Shown piece after piece: positions 30,646 to 41,194 of a stretch of DNA of 64,000 nucleotides. The translations under genes and the position numbers were made by a program. Source of the stretch: Candidatus Cloacimonadales bacterium. Its GTDB lineage: Bacteria > Cloacimonadota > Cloacimonadia > Cloacimonadales > DAONDQ01. Every line of letters starts with the position of its first letter. Within the stretch, counting starts at the first letter, position 1. The notes under the pieces are model-generated. The model was given only the letters and a program-made list of their open reading frames with translations. It was not told the DNA's origin and made no database searches. The DNA lies in assembly GCA_963662275.1 (NCBI GenBank), contig OY759316.1, positions 576,001-640,000 on the forward strand, read 5' to 3'.

Positions 30646-32442
30646 TTATTCTCGATCAGCTTTCAGCACTGCCAGGAAGGCTTCCTGGGGAACGGTAACG
30701 GAACCGATTTCCTTCATCCGTTTCTTTCCTTCCTTCTGCTTTTCCAGGAGTTTTTTCTTACGGGTAATATCACCACCATAGCACTTCGCAAGGACGTTTT
30801 TTCTCATAGCATTAATTGTACTCCTGGCGATGATCTTGGCACCAATGGAAGCTTGCAAGGCAATCTTGAAAAGATGGCGGGGAATGACTTCGCTAAGCGT
30901 ATCCGTTACACTTTTACCCCAGCTATAGGATTTATCCGTATGACAAATAAACGACATGGCATCCACTTTCTCGCCATTGATCATGATATCGACTTTTACG
31001 ACATCAGAAACACGATATTCCTTGAAGGTATAATCCAAGGAAGCATAACCGCGACTGACAGTTTTAAGTTTATCATAGAAATCAAAGATGATCTCAATTA
31101 GAGGCATTTCATAATGCAGAGAAACACGCTTTTCATCGATGTATTGAATATCCTTTTGAATACCGCGTCGTTCTTGTGCCAGTTTCATGAGATTACCTAT
31201 GAAATCTGTGGGAGCGATTAGCTCTACATCCATAATCGGTTCTAAAATGTAATCGATTTTGCTGGGATCAGGAAAATCAATCGGATTATATACTGTGATA
31301 TCGCTTCCATCTCTTAATCGAATATTGAATCTGACACTTGGGGTAGTTGCTATGATAGGTAGATTATATTCTCGGTAGAGGCGTTCCTTCACTATCTCTA
31401 AATGCAGCATACCTAAAAAACCGCATCGAAAGCCATAACCCAAGGCAAGAGAACTTTCCTTTTCATAGACAAGGGAAGCATCATTTAATTTAAGCTTGGC
31501 AATAGCAACAACCAAATCTTCATAATCTTCACCATTAATGGGGAAGATTCCGCTATAAACCATAGGTTTTGGTTCCTGGAAACCGGGAAGAGCTTCTGAA
31601 CAACCACCTTTTGCCAGTGTAATGGTATCCCCAACACGAGCATCAGATACTTCCTTGATATTACAGATAATATAGCCCACTTCTCCGGCTGTCAGACCAC
31701 CTGTTGGAATTCCCTTAATCCCGAGATATCCTATTTCCTCTATATCATATTCATGATTATTAGACATTAGCCTAATCTTATCCCCTTTGGAAAGCTGCCC
31801 ATCAAAGATTCTGACTAAAACAACGACACCCCGATATGTATCAAAATAGGAGTCGAAGATCAGGGCTTTAGGTGGATGAGAATTATCACCTACAGGATGA
31901 GGGATATGTTTGATAACACCCTCGAGTACTTCTATAATACCTAAGCCTGCTTTGGCACTAGTCTTTAAAATCTGGTCAGCAGTTACACCCAGTATTTCTT
32001 CCAAGTCATGTTGTGTTCCTTCAATATCTGCTTTAGGCAAATCAATTTTATTGATAACTGGCACTACTTCCAGATTGTTTGCCATTGCTAAGTATAAATT
32101 ACTCATTGTTTGCGCTTCAATACCTTGAGAAGCATCCACTAATAGAAGAGCTCCTTCACAGGAAGCAAGACTGCGGGAGACTTCATAAGAAAAATCTACA
32201 TGCCCTGGTGTGTCGATTAAGTTAAGAACATATTCTTCACCTTGGTATTTATATGTCATACGGATAGCATGAGATTTGATGGTAATACCTTTTTCACGTT
32301 CGAGATCCATATCATCTAATACTTGTGCCATCCCACCCCGGCTGATGACTCCAGTCTCTTCTAAAAGGCGATCAGCTAAAGTTGATTTGCCATGATCTAT
32401 ATGAGCGATGATACAGAAATTACGTATAAGTTCTTGCTTCAT
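30646..32442 (-). CDS. lepA: Elongation factor 4
   Basis: IRNFCIIAHIDHGKSTLADRL, DTPGHVDF, KCYGGDITRK; start ATG 32442 after GGAGG. Confidence 0.97.
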   Translation of the reverse strand: MKQELIRNFCIIAHIDHGKSTLADRLLEETGVISRGGMAQVLDDMDLEREKGITIKSHAIRMTYKYQGEEYVLNLIDTPGHVDFSYEVSRSLASCEGALLLVDASQGIEAQTMSNLYLAMANNLEVVPVINKIDLPKADIEGTQHDLEEILGVTADQILKTSAKAGLGIIEVLEGVIKHIPHPVGDNSHPPKALIFDSYFDTYRGVVVLVRIFDGQLSKGDKIRLMSNNHEYDIEEIGYLGIKGIPTGGLTAGEVGYIICNIKEVSDARVGDTITLAKGGCSEALPGFQEPKPMVYSGIFPINGEDYEDLVVAIAKLKLNDASLVYEKESSLALGYGFRCGFLGMLHLEIVKERLYREYNLPIIATTPSVRFNIRLRDGSDITVYNPIDFPDPSKIDYILEPIMDVELIAPTDFIGNLMKLAQERRGIQKDIQYIDEKRVSLHYEMPLIEIIFDFYDKLKTVSRGYASLDYTFKEYRVSDVVKVDIMINGEKVDAMSFICHTDKSYSWGKSVTDTLSEVIPRHLFKIALQASIGAKIIARSTINAMRKNVLAKCYGGDITRKKKLLEKQKEGKKRMKEIGSVTVPQEAFLAVLKADRE

Positions 32443-32526
32443 TGAGACTTCCTCCACAAGGAACTCATTACTGCTCACCGTGTTTGTGTCAATGAGAAAG
32501 TGAAAGCATCATACTGACAGCATTTA

Positions 32527-34387
32527 GAGACTGTTCAAAATTAACCTCCATTTTACGCAGCCTTATTGGTAGTGACAGAGAAAAAGTGGTCTAAGTGCGA
32601 CCAATCCACATTTTCTTGACATATGCGGGAGATATTTAAACTTGCTAAAAGTGATTCCTGACGCATGATTGGTTGACCTTTATCGACCAGTTCTTTGAAC
32701 CAAAGCGAAAACACAAGGTTGCGGGTGGTTTCTTCAGATTTTAGTCCAAATCTACCGGATGTCACCTTCTTGATTTTGCGGTTCCAGCGTTCAGAGACAT
32801 TGGAAGTCAAACCTTTGCTGAGGTGTCTCCAATCACTAATGATATTGCTTTTGATGTATTCGGCGGCGGTTGGGGGAGTAATAGCTGTCAGGCTTGCGAT
32901 ACCCTTTTTCCTTCCGCCCGCCGTTTCTCTTCGGAAAGCTTTCATAATCCTCTTCTTAAAGAACTTGTCCCTGTCTTCAGGGAGATGACATTGACTGATT
33001 CTTTTGAAGAGATTTCGTATCTTATGGAACTTACAGAGTTGGTAATGGACTTTTGGAAACACTGTTTTTCTTGCAACTGCTAACGATTTACTGCCATCAC
33101 TGACAATCAGGGTTGGATCTTTCCTGTAGAGCTGTCTGAAGGTTCTGAAACATGCTTCGAATGATTCTTTCTTTGTGTCAGGATACAACTCACAAAACAG
33201 AGGGATGTGAGTCACAAAATCAACAATACTGATGACATAGTACGGAATACCTTTGATCTTCACATATTTCTCATCAATGCTGATCTTTCCGCTCCACTTA
33301 CCGATTGAGTTCAGAATCAGGCTCTGCAGGTCAGCGATTTCATGCCAGAGATTTGAGACTGTAGCTTTACAGGTGTTGAGCAGCAAAGCTATCGTCTCGA
33401 AGTTCATACCGCTTCCAACCAGGTAATGTACCAGCAGACACAGGTTCTTGCGTTCCAGACTATGGAACGGCTTTGCATCGGCGGTTCTATGGGATGTATT
33501 GCCTTTAGCAGTCTTCATTTGTTCCAGGAGTCTGTCACAGATAACAGGTGTATTCTGCTGACCGGCAAGCAGTTTCAGCAGATGTACAGCATCACCGCCT
33601 ACTGTCTTTTTCAGAAGAAGCTTCTGAGCTTGCTTAACTACAGACAGAGAATTGACCTGAGAAGCATATTTGCAGAAAGTGGTATAGGACATTTTAAAAT
33701 CATGATGGCTGATGAACTCCTGATACATGACATTTAAAGGTAAAAGCAGGTTATTGATAACAAAATTCTCGATCTGAGGAATACACTCCAGCAGGTCAAC
33801 TTTCCGGCTTAAATATGCCAGGATATCATGACCATGCTGCTCAAACTCTTGCCAGAAATTATGTACATTCCTGCGGTCTGCGTAGTTAAACAGATCAGCT
33901 ATTTGCTGAAGTGTAAGGAGGTTGTCTCCGCCTATTCCTACTAATAAGCGTAGAAACGCTATTAAGAACTTGTGGTTTGATGTTGTCTCAGGCAAAGTGA
34001 ATGAAAATGGTACGTTAATACTTACATGGTATTGGTTACTTTCATGACTAACACTTACCGCTTCTTGAATTGGAGTGTTTTTTTGTCATAATATCCTCCC
34101 TTTTGTTACCAGGTAACAAATGCCATTGAAGCTATAGCAAAAAACTTGTAAAGAACTATTTTATATGATTTTAACTACACATTTAGTCAGAAACGGCTTC
34201 GAAACATTACTTATAATCGCGTGTTTTTCAATTTTAGTCAAAAAGCTTAACTTGTGATTTGGTGTCCTTAGCAGAGCTTATCTGTCAATTCTGGAAGGTA
34301 TGTTAAATTATGACCGTTTCGACCACTTTTTTCAACTTGCTACTTTCTAACTTATTGAATATTATGAATAACTTCATGAACAGTCTC
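32527..34387 (-). mobile_element. IS256/Mutator-like insertion sequence, 1861 bp
   Basis: 11-bp terminal IRs GAGACTGTTCA (32527-37, 34377-87); flanks AGCATTTA/AGCATTTT resemble an 8-bp TSD with one mismatch. Confidence 0.8.
32553..34089 (-). CDS. DDE transposase, Mutator/IS256-like; 5' frame broken in an A7 run
   Basis: IDEKY, IVSDG, QLCKFHKIRNL, TSNVSERWN; RBS-preceded ATG 34089 is one base out of frame with the long ORF. Confidence 0.75.
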
Positions 34388-34526
34388 AGCATTTTGATCA
34401 ATTACAAGAGCAATAATAAATAAGTTGCATATACAGACAACTTCGAATTAGTGGTAAAAATAATGCAAGTTTAAGAGAAATCTATGTCTTCTCTTTATTA
34501 GCTCTTAACAGTAGAAGGAAAACCAT

Positions 34527-35747
34527 ATGAAAAAAACTTGGATAAGAATTATAATAATTGTCATCGTCATTCTGTTTGCCTGGAGAGTTTATTTGAAGAT
34601 AAACCAGATAAAATCAAAGGGTGACGCTGGTAGAGGTGGTAAGAATCGCAATGCAGCGGTGGTTGTCGAACTTGCGACTATTAATAAGGAAACCGTTAAG
34701 GATATAGGGAAATTCAGTGGTTCCTTGTCACCACGTTCGCGAATAATCATCTCCCCTAAAGTTTCTGGAAGATTAGAAAAATTAACTGTGGATATCGGCA
34801 GTATTGTGAAAAATGGACAAGTAGTTGCTCAACTTGATAGTGGAGTTTATGAACAGGATATTAATCAAGCAAAAGCTGCCTTAGCTATCACAAAAGCCCA
34901 AGTGAAGGAAGCGGAAAGTGCTTTAAAAGTATCCGATACGGAATTGGCAAGACAACGGACTCTTTTAGAAAAGGCGTATATATCTCAAGTAGAAATTGAT
35001 CAAGCTGAAAATCAGAATACTTCCTTAAAAGCAAAACGAGATGTAGCTCTTGCAACTGTTCAACAAAAAGAAGCAGCACTTAAGGCTGCCGAGATTCAAT
35101 TAGCATATACTAAAATTCATGTTTCTTGGGACGATGGTGGCAAAACACGTATTGTCGGTGAAAGATTTGTGGATACAGGAGAAATGCTGACTTCCAATTC
35201 TCAAATCATCTCTGTTTTGGATAATAGTTCAATGACAGCAGAAATCGATATTATCGAAAGTGATTATTCTAAAGTCAAAATTGGGCAGGAAGCTGTAATC
35301 ACCGCTGATGCGTATCCGGACAAACAATTTGTTGGGAAAATAGCCCGTATTTCTCCTCAATTAAAGGAAGATTCCAGGCAAGCTCGTGTTGAAATTGATA
35401 TTCCCAATTCTAATGGGCTCTTGAAACCGGGTATGTTTGCCCGGGTCTTCATTGAATTTAAAACTCATCCTAATGTTCCGATCGTTCCTATGGCTGCACT
35501 TACCCAAAGCAAAGGCGTTCAAGGTGTGTATCTTGTCGATAAGCCAACCATGACCGTTAAGTTCATACCTATTAAAACGGGGATACAGCAAGGGGATATG
35601 ATCGAAATCGTGGAACCTCTCATCCAGGGTGAAGTTGTCACATTAGGAAATAACTTATTGGAAGATGGAAAGAAGATACGTTTACCAAAAACAGATAGTT
35701 CAGACAAGAAAACAGGTGGGAAGAAAGGACAAGGTAAACGTCCATGA
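34527..35747 (+). CDS. RND efflux periplasmic adaptor subunit
   Basis: N-terminal TM, PKVSGRL...VDIG..VKNGQ, coiled coil, LKPGMF. Confidence 0.92.
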   Translation: MKKTWIRIIIIVIVILFAWRVYLKINQIKSKGDAGRGGKNRNAAVVVELATINKETVKDIGKFSGSLSPRSRIIISPKVSGRLEKLTVDIGSIVKNGQVVAQLDSGVYEQDINQAKAALAITKAQVKEAESALKVSDTELARQRTLLEKAYISQVEIDQAENQNTSLKAKRDVALATVQQKEAALKAAEIQLAYTKIHVSWDDGGKTRIVGERFVDTGEMLTSNSQIISVLDNSSMTAEIDIIESDYSKVKIGQEAVITADAYPDKQFVGKIARISPQLKEDSRQARVEIDIPNSNGLLKPGMFARVFIEFKTHPNVPIVPMAALTQSKGVQGVYLVDKPTMTVKFIPIKTGIQQGDMIEIVEPLIQGEVVTLGNNLLEDGKKIRLPKTDSSDKKTGGKKGQGKRP

Positions 35748-38700
35748 GCATTTCCAAACAATCTGTTCATCGACCTATTTTTACGATCATGATCGTCCTG
35801 ATCGTGATTATTCTAGGTGGGCTTGCTTTATCGCGCTTGCCCATCGATCTCATGCCAGATGTTTCTTCCCCTACGATCAGTGTATCCACAAGCTATTCGA
35901 ATGCCAGTCCCCTGGAAATGGAACAACTTGTCACCCAACCCATTGAACAAGCAGTCGCTGCCGTACCTGGTGTTCAAGATATCAGTTCTGAGTCATCAGA
36001 AGGCAACAGCGATGTTAGCATTACATTCAATTGGGGAACCAATCTTGATACAGCAGCTAATGATCTTCGTGACAGATTAGACCGTGTCATATCCAGGCTT
36101 CCAGATGAGGCAAGCAGACCTTCCCTACGTAAATTTGACCTATCCGCTATGCCTGTTTTAACCCTTGGTGTAACCAGCAAGCTTGATCCCATCGCTGTCC
36201 GCAAGATCATCGATGATCAAGTCAAATATCGCCTGGAAAGAGTTCCCGGTGTTGCTGCGATGGATGTACGCGGTGGATTGGAAAGAGAAATACACGTCAA
36301 TATTGATCCTCAGAAGATAAAAGCTTTACGCATCCAGTTAAACCAGGTGATGAATCAGATCAGGGCAGAAAATGTCAACTTACCGGCTGGAAACATCATT
36401 GATGGTAGCTACCAAGTCACGATTAGAACTCCCGGGGAATATAAAAACCTGGATGAGCTTAGAAACACTGTCATCATGCAGCGTGGCGGTTCACCAGTCA
36501 AACTATCCGATATAGCCACGGTTGACGATTCTTACGTTAAAATATCAAGAATCATACGAATCAATGGACAACCCGGAATTAATATATCAGTGAATAAACA
36601 GTCCGGGACAAACACGGTCAATGTAGCGAAGGGTATCATCAAGGAACTGGATAACATTAATGAAGAAGTGCCGCAGATTAAGATCATTCCCATCATAGAT
36701 TCATCCATATATATCAAGCGTTCTATTGATAATGTTGCCAGTTCGGCTTTCATTGGCGGTTTTCTTGCAGTCCTCATCATCCTCGTTTTTCTCAGGAATC
36801 TGAAGAGCACTTTGATCATTTCAACAGCTATTCCGATTTCGATTATCGCCACATTCGGCTTATTATACTTTAACGGATTCACTCTCAATTTGATGACACT
36901 AGGCGGCCTTGCCTTGGGTGTCGGAATGCTCCTCGACAATGCCATCGTGGTATTGGAGAACATCTTCCGGCATACTGAAGGTGGAAAAGATCGTGTTGAA
37001 GCTGCTGTTTTCGGTGCTGAAGAAGTACTGCCTCCTATCATTGCCAGCACACTCACGACAGTTGTCGTATTTCTACCTTTGATTTTCGTACGTGGCATGA
37101 CAGGAATCATGTTCAAGCAATTGGCTTATGTTGTCGTCTTCTCCATGGCTTGTTCCTTAATTACAGCCATTACACTGGTTCCTATGCTTGCAGGTAAATT
37201 ACTGACAATCAAGGATGTAAAAGACAAATCAAAGTCATTTTTCGCTAAGATAGGAGATGCCATTGGCGCTTTTCTACATACTGTGGAAGTGCAATATACC
37301 AAGCTTCTTCATTTAGCTTTGAACCATAGACGGGCAACGACTCTCATTGCTTCAGGCTTATTGCTTTTCAGCATGATCCTAGTCCCGTTCATTGGTTCTG
37401 AATTGATGCCGGCAACGGATGAAGGTGAACTGCGTATCAACGTAGAAATGGAAGCAGGTACAAAGCTGGAGATCCTGAGTGAAAAGATGAACCAGGTGGA
37501 AAAGATCATTTCTGCTAAGATACCAGAGATCAAGAATATTGTTTCTACAGCCGGTGGTTCCGGTTGGGGTCCAAGCTCTTCCAACCAGGGTTCGTTCAGA
37601 ATTACCGTTGTTTCCAAAACAGAAAGAAAGAAATCAAGTGAAGATATTGCTACTGATATGCGTAAACTGCTGACCAATATACCCGGCGTTACCATCAGGG
37701 TTCGTACTGCTTCTAACAACATGATGTCGCGTTTCATGGGTGGAGGAGGACGTATTGAGATCCAGATCCGGGGACATGATTTTAATACCGCTGAAGGAGT
37801 AGCCCGAAAAGTCCTGAAAGCTGTAGAAAATGTGAATGGCATAACTGATGCAAATCTTAGCCGTACTGCCGGAAGCCCTGAAGAATTGGTAGTCATTGAC
37901 CGTGCCAAAGCGGAAGAACTCGGGCTGACAGTTCAGCAGATCGCCGAAATGTTGGAAACAGTGTTATCCGGTACCCAATCGGGAAATTACCGTGAAGCCG
38001 GAAAAGAATATGCTATCAGGGTTCAAGTCAAGGATACGGATAAGCTTCCTCTCAATGAAATATTGGATATGTCTCTTGTGAATTCGAGTGGTTTGCCTAT
38101 TGTTCTTCGTAATGTAACACGGGTTGAGAAGAGTACAGGTTCCACCATGATCGAACGCTTAAACCAGGAAAGAATGATCGATGTTTCTGCCAATTTGAGT
38201 GGCAGAAGCATGAGCGCTGTCATGAAGGATATCAAGACGGCTATCAAGGACGTTCCTGTTCCGGATGGTTTCAGTATAGGATTTGGCGGTGATTATGCCG
38301 AACAGCAGAAAGCATTTAAGGAATTGATGGTGGGATTCATTCTCTCATTGATTCTAGTTTATATGGTGATGGCTTGTCAGTATGAATCATTGAAAGACCC
38401 GTTTGTTGTCATGTTTTCCGTACCTCTGGCAGCGATTGGAGTTATTCTTATGCTCTTTTTAACAGGTACTACATTCAATATTCAATCCTATATAGGTTGT
38501 ATCATGTTGGGGGGAATCGTTGTGAATAATGCGATTCTTTTGGTAGACACCACTAATCTATTAAGACGACGTGATGGTATGCCAACTCGAGAAGCTATTG
38601 AAGAAGCCGGAAGAAGAAGACTGCGTCCTATTCTCATGACAGCATTAGCCACGGTATTAGGACTTATTCCTATGGCTATCGGTATGGGTGAGGGTGGAGA

Positions 38701-38824
38701 AGCGCAATCACCTCTTGCAAGAGCTGTTGTGGGCGGATTACTTAGCTCGACATTGATCACGCTTATATTTATTCCTGTTGTGTATTCTTTCTTTGAAGAA
38801 GGATTTAATAAAATTAAGAATTAA
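35744..38824 (+). CDS. RND efflux permease (AcrB-like)
   Basis: 1026 aa, GMLLDNAIVVLENI, GIVVNNAILLVD, RLRPILMT. Confidence 0.95.
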   Translation: MSISKQSVHRPIFTIMIVLIVIILGGLALSRLPIDLMPDVSSPTISVSTSYSNASPLEMEQLVTQPIEQAVAAVPGVQDISSESSEGNSDVSITFNWGTNLDTAANDLRDRLDRVISRLPDEASRPSLRKFDLSAMPVLTLGVTSKLDPIAVRKIIDDQVKYRLERVPGVAAMDVRGGLEREIHVNIDPQKIKALRIQLNQVMNQIRAENVNLPAGNIIDGSYQVTIRTPGEYKNLDELRNTVIMQRGGSPVKLSDIATVDDSYVKISRIIRINGQPGINISVNKQSGTNTVNVAKGIIKELDNINEEVPQIKIIPIIDSSIYIKRSIDNVASSAFIGGFLAVLIILVFLRNLKSTLIISTAIPISIIATFGLLYFNGFTLNLMTLGGLALGVGMLLDNAIVVLENIFRHTEGGKDRVEAAVFGAEEVLPPIIASTLTTVVVFLPLIFVRGMTGIMFKQLAYVVVFSMACSLITAITLVPMLAGKLLTIKDVKDKSKSFFAKIGDAIGAFLHTVEVQYTKLLHLALNHRRATTLIASGLLLFSMILVPFIGSELMPATDEGELRINVEMEAGTKLEILSEKMNQVEKIISAKIPEIKNIVSTAGGSGWGPSSSNQGSFRITVVSKTERKKSSEDIATDMRKLLTNIPGVTIRVRTASNNMMSRFMGGGGRIEIQIRGHDFNTAEGVARKVLKAVENVNGITDANLSRTAGSPEELVVIDRAKAEELGLTVQQIAEMLETVLSGTQSGNYREAGKEYAIRVQVKDTDKLPLNEILDMSLVNSSGLPIVLRNVTRVEKSTGSTMIERLNQERMIDVSANLSGRSMSAVMKDIKTAIKDVPVPDGFSIGFGGDYAEQQKAFKELMVGFILSLILVYMVMACQYESLKDPFVVMFSVPLAAIGVILMLFLTGTTFNIQSYIGCIMLGGIVVNNAILLVDTTNLLRRRDGMPTREAIEEAGRRRLRPILMTALATVLGLIPMAIGMGEGGEAQSPLARAVVGGLLSSTLITLIFIPVVYSFFEEGFNKIKN

Positions 38825-38833
38825 AATAGCAAA

Positions 38834-38857
38834 GTAGGGGCGTGCGATAGTACGCCC
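38834..38857 (+). repeat. GTAG-type REP-like palindrome
   Basis: GTAG-GGGCGTGC-GATA-GTACGCCC just after the RND stop codon. Confidence 0.6.
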
Positions 38858-38991
38858 GTCTTTTGCTCTTCCTGCCTTCACACCTTCTTTCCTTCTCCCC
38901 TTTCTCGCCTTCTTCAAATGTCTCTTGAAAGACAAATACAAGTGAAACTAAAAATCAACTAATCAGAAGGTAACCAAAATCTAAAATACTT

Positions 38992-39057
38992 TAGGAGCTG
39001 GTTAGGAACTGGTTAGGAGCTGACTAGGATCTGACTAGTACCTGCTTACTACCTCAT
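38992..39057. repeat. Degenerate 11-bp tandem repeats
   Basis: taggagctggt taggaactggt taggagctgac taggatctgac tagtacctgct. Confidence 0.7.
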
Positions 39058-39142
39058 ATAGGTGCCAAGAGTGTACGGTAGTGGCATCCTTCAGGTTGCC
39101 TTTTCTCATATATACTACCTCATATAGTTGCCAAGAGTGTAC
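39047..39142. repeat. Two 30-bp direct repeats (1 mismatch) separated by 36 bp
   Basis: TACTACCTCATATAG(G/T)TGCCAAGAGTGTAC at 39047-76 and 39113-42. Confidence 0.8.
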
Positions 39143-39200
39143 CACAAGGATTCCACTAGTAATACAAAAAAGTTTGAAAAAAGATACGAATAAAGCCTCT

Positions 39201-39315
39201 TCCTAAGAAAATCTAAGAAAGTCTAGATGATCCCTAGATGATGCCTAGATGATCCCTAGATGAAACATACCTCAAAAAGAAAGTGCGAAGTGCGAGGTTC
39301 GAAGTCAGAAGTTCC
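39201..39315. repeat. Short tandem repeats: 10/11-bp CTAGATGATCC-type and 7-bp AAGTGCG-type
   Basis: Directly visible in sequence. Confidence 0.65.
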
Positions 39316-39350
39316 GGAGAAAAGTAGCGATTTGCGGTAATATCTTAGCT

Positions 39351-39692
39351 ATGTATAGCGGAACAAACTATACTGCACAATTAGTTAACTACGCATGGTA
39401 TAGTGCAAACGCTAGTGGAACTACCCATACTGTAGGTACTAAGACAGCAGATGAACTTGGCTTATTTGATATGAGTGGGAACGTTTGGGAATGGACTTGG
39501 AATATCAATACTTCATATCCATCCGGTGCTCAGACTAACCCGCATGGTGCGGTCAGCGGATCTTACCGTGTGTTTCGCAGTGGTAGTTGGCAACTAATTG
39601 CGGATTTCTGTACCGTTTCCAGTCGTAACTTCAACACTGCGACTACCAAAGCTGGTGATTTCGGTTTCCGCTGCGTCAGGATAGCCCCTTGA
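39351..39692 (+). pseudogene. C-terminal fragment of an FGE-sulfatase (C-lectin fold) domain protein
   Basis: AWY, THTVG.K, LGLFDMSGNVWEW, RVFRSGSW, GFRCVR; N-terminal half and RLPTEAEWE motif absent; no RBS seen. Confidence 0.75.
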
Positions 39693-39916
39693 TAGGAAAG
39701 TTAAGGTTTTAGAGTTCCAATGAAAATCGGTTTTGAAGTCCGAATTTCCTATTACTCAGTATTCGTAAAAGACTCGAAGGAAATTTGAACTCCAAATCCT
39801 TAGCTTTCATGTGAAATTCAAAATCATAGATAGCTTACTATAGGAAGGTTAGAAAATTAAGGTAGAAAAACCTCCCTCGTTGATATACATAGATCAAATC
39901 AACAAAGGAGGTAACA

Positions 39917-41194
39917 ATGATTACCACATCAAAATCTAACCCAAAGAGGTTTTTTGTCAACTCAGAAATGATGCTTGTTGGCATTGATATCAGCAAGCAC
40001 AAACACAGTGTGTATTTTTGTGATTTTACAGGTGAACGGAAGCGTAAGCCATTTTTTATTACAAACAATCATGATGGTTTTCAGTATCTGCTAAAAGAAG
40101 CAGAACAGCAAAAGCGTTTGTGGAATCTGAACGAGATTGTATTTGGAATGGAACCAACAGGTTCATATGTAAAGCCACTCCAGTACTTCTTGGAAGAACG
40201 CTGCTATCAAATCCAAAGCATCAACCCATTACACACTAAAAGATGGAAGGATATTGAAGATAATCATCCATCCAAGAATGATTTGAAAGACAGTATTATC
40301 ATTACCTCTCTGTTAAGAATGGGCAAGAGCATCCATCATCGGAGACCTGAAGGTGTTTTCGCGGAGTTGAACAACTATGCAGCTTATTATCACCAGTTAA
40401 TCACAGATATTCGCAGGCAGAGGAACTATCTGGAAGCCTCTTATGCCTGTTACTTTCCTGAATTGAGTAACTTTTTCAAATTTAACAGTACGGGAGTAAT
40501 GTATATCATGGAGTGTTTTCCTCTTCCTCAGGATATCGTAAATGCAGGATATGAGAATTTTCTGAAGATTATGAAAACAAAAAGCAAAGGGTGCATAGCT
40601 ACAGAGAAGCTTCACAGTTTATATCAGGTATCTCTAACAAGTATTGGCATGAGTCAGGGAGCGGATAGTGCGAGAGTGGTCATAAATGCGATCTATGAGG
40701 ATATCAGCTATAAACAATACCATCTCAAACAAATCAAAACAGCAATCATGACATGTGTAGATAAAATCAGTTATGGATCGTTATTGGTGACAATACCTGG
40801 TTTGAGTAAAGTATCAGTGGGGTTAATTCTGGCGGAGACTGGAGATATCAATCAATATGGTCGATATCAGGATTTAGTCAAACTTGCCGGATTGAGTTTA
40901 AAACACAATCAATCAGGAGAATACCATGGGCAATATCATATCTCTAAGGTAGGAAGAGTAAGGTTGCGAAGGATCTTGTATATGCTTACTCTGGAAATGA
41001 TTATAAACAATCAATTAATCAATCAGATATATAATTATCAAGTAAAAAAGCGAGGTAATAACAAGGTCAAAACTATCGTTTCTTTGAGCAGTAAATTACT
41101 GGGAATCATGTACTCAATGGTTAAATATGAAAGGTCGTTTGATCCTGAACAGCGAAAGCTATATGCAGGTTATTTAACTGAAAATAATCAGTGA
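39917..41194 (+). CDS. IS110 family transposase/recombinase
   Basis: GIDISK..H, GMEPTG, KNDLKDS, TIPG, LAGL....NQSG, ISKVGR..LR; AAGGAGG RBS. Confidence 0.92.
   Translation: MITTSKSNPKRFFVNSEMMLVGIDISKHKHSVYFCDFTGERKRKPFFITNNHDGFQYLLKEAEQQKRLWNLNEIVFGMEPTGSYVKPLQYFLEERCYQIQSINPLHTKRWKDIEDNHPSKNDLKDSIIITSLLRMGKSIHHRRPEGVFAELNNYAAYYHQLITDIRRQRNYLEASYACYFPELSNFFKFNSTGVMYIMECFPLPQDIVNAGYENFLKIMKTKSKGCIATEKLHSLYQVSLTSIGMSQGADSARVVINAIYEDISYKQYHLKQIKTAIMTCVDKISYGSLLVTIPGLSKVSVGLILAETGDINQYGRYQDLVKLAGLSLKHNQSGEYHGQYHISKVGRVRLRRILYMLTLEMIINNQLINQIYNYQVKKRGNNKVKTIVSLSSKLLGIMYSMVKYERSFDPEQRKLYAGYLTENNQ

Noticed and set aside
36532..37908. Long antisense ORFs (194 and 199 aa) within the RND permease, and other shadow ORFs in the track
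   Set aside because: Codon-mirror ORFs of well-supported genes, with no motifs or RBS
39047..39142. CRISPR array call
   Set aside because: Only two repeats, non-palindromic, no cas genes or leader; kept as a plain repeat
39697..39807. Integron attC site
   Set aside because: Palindrome lacks the RYYYAAC...GTTRRRY order and no integrase is present
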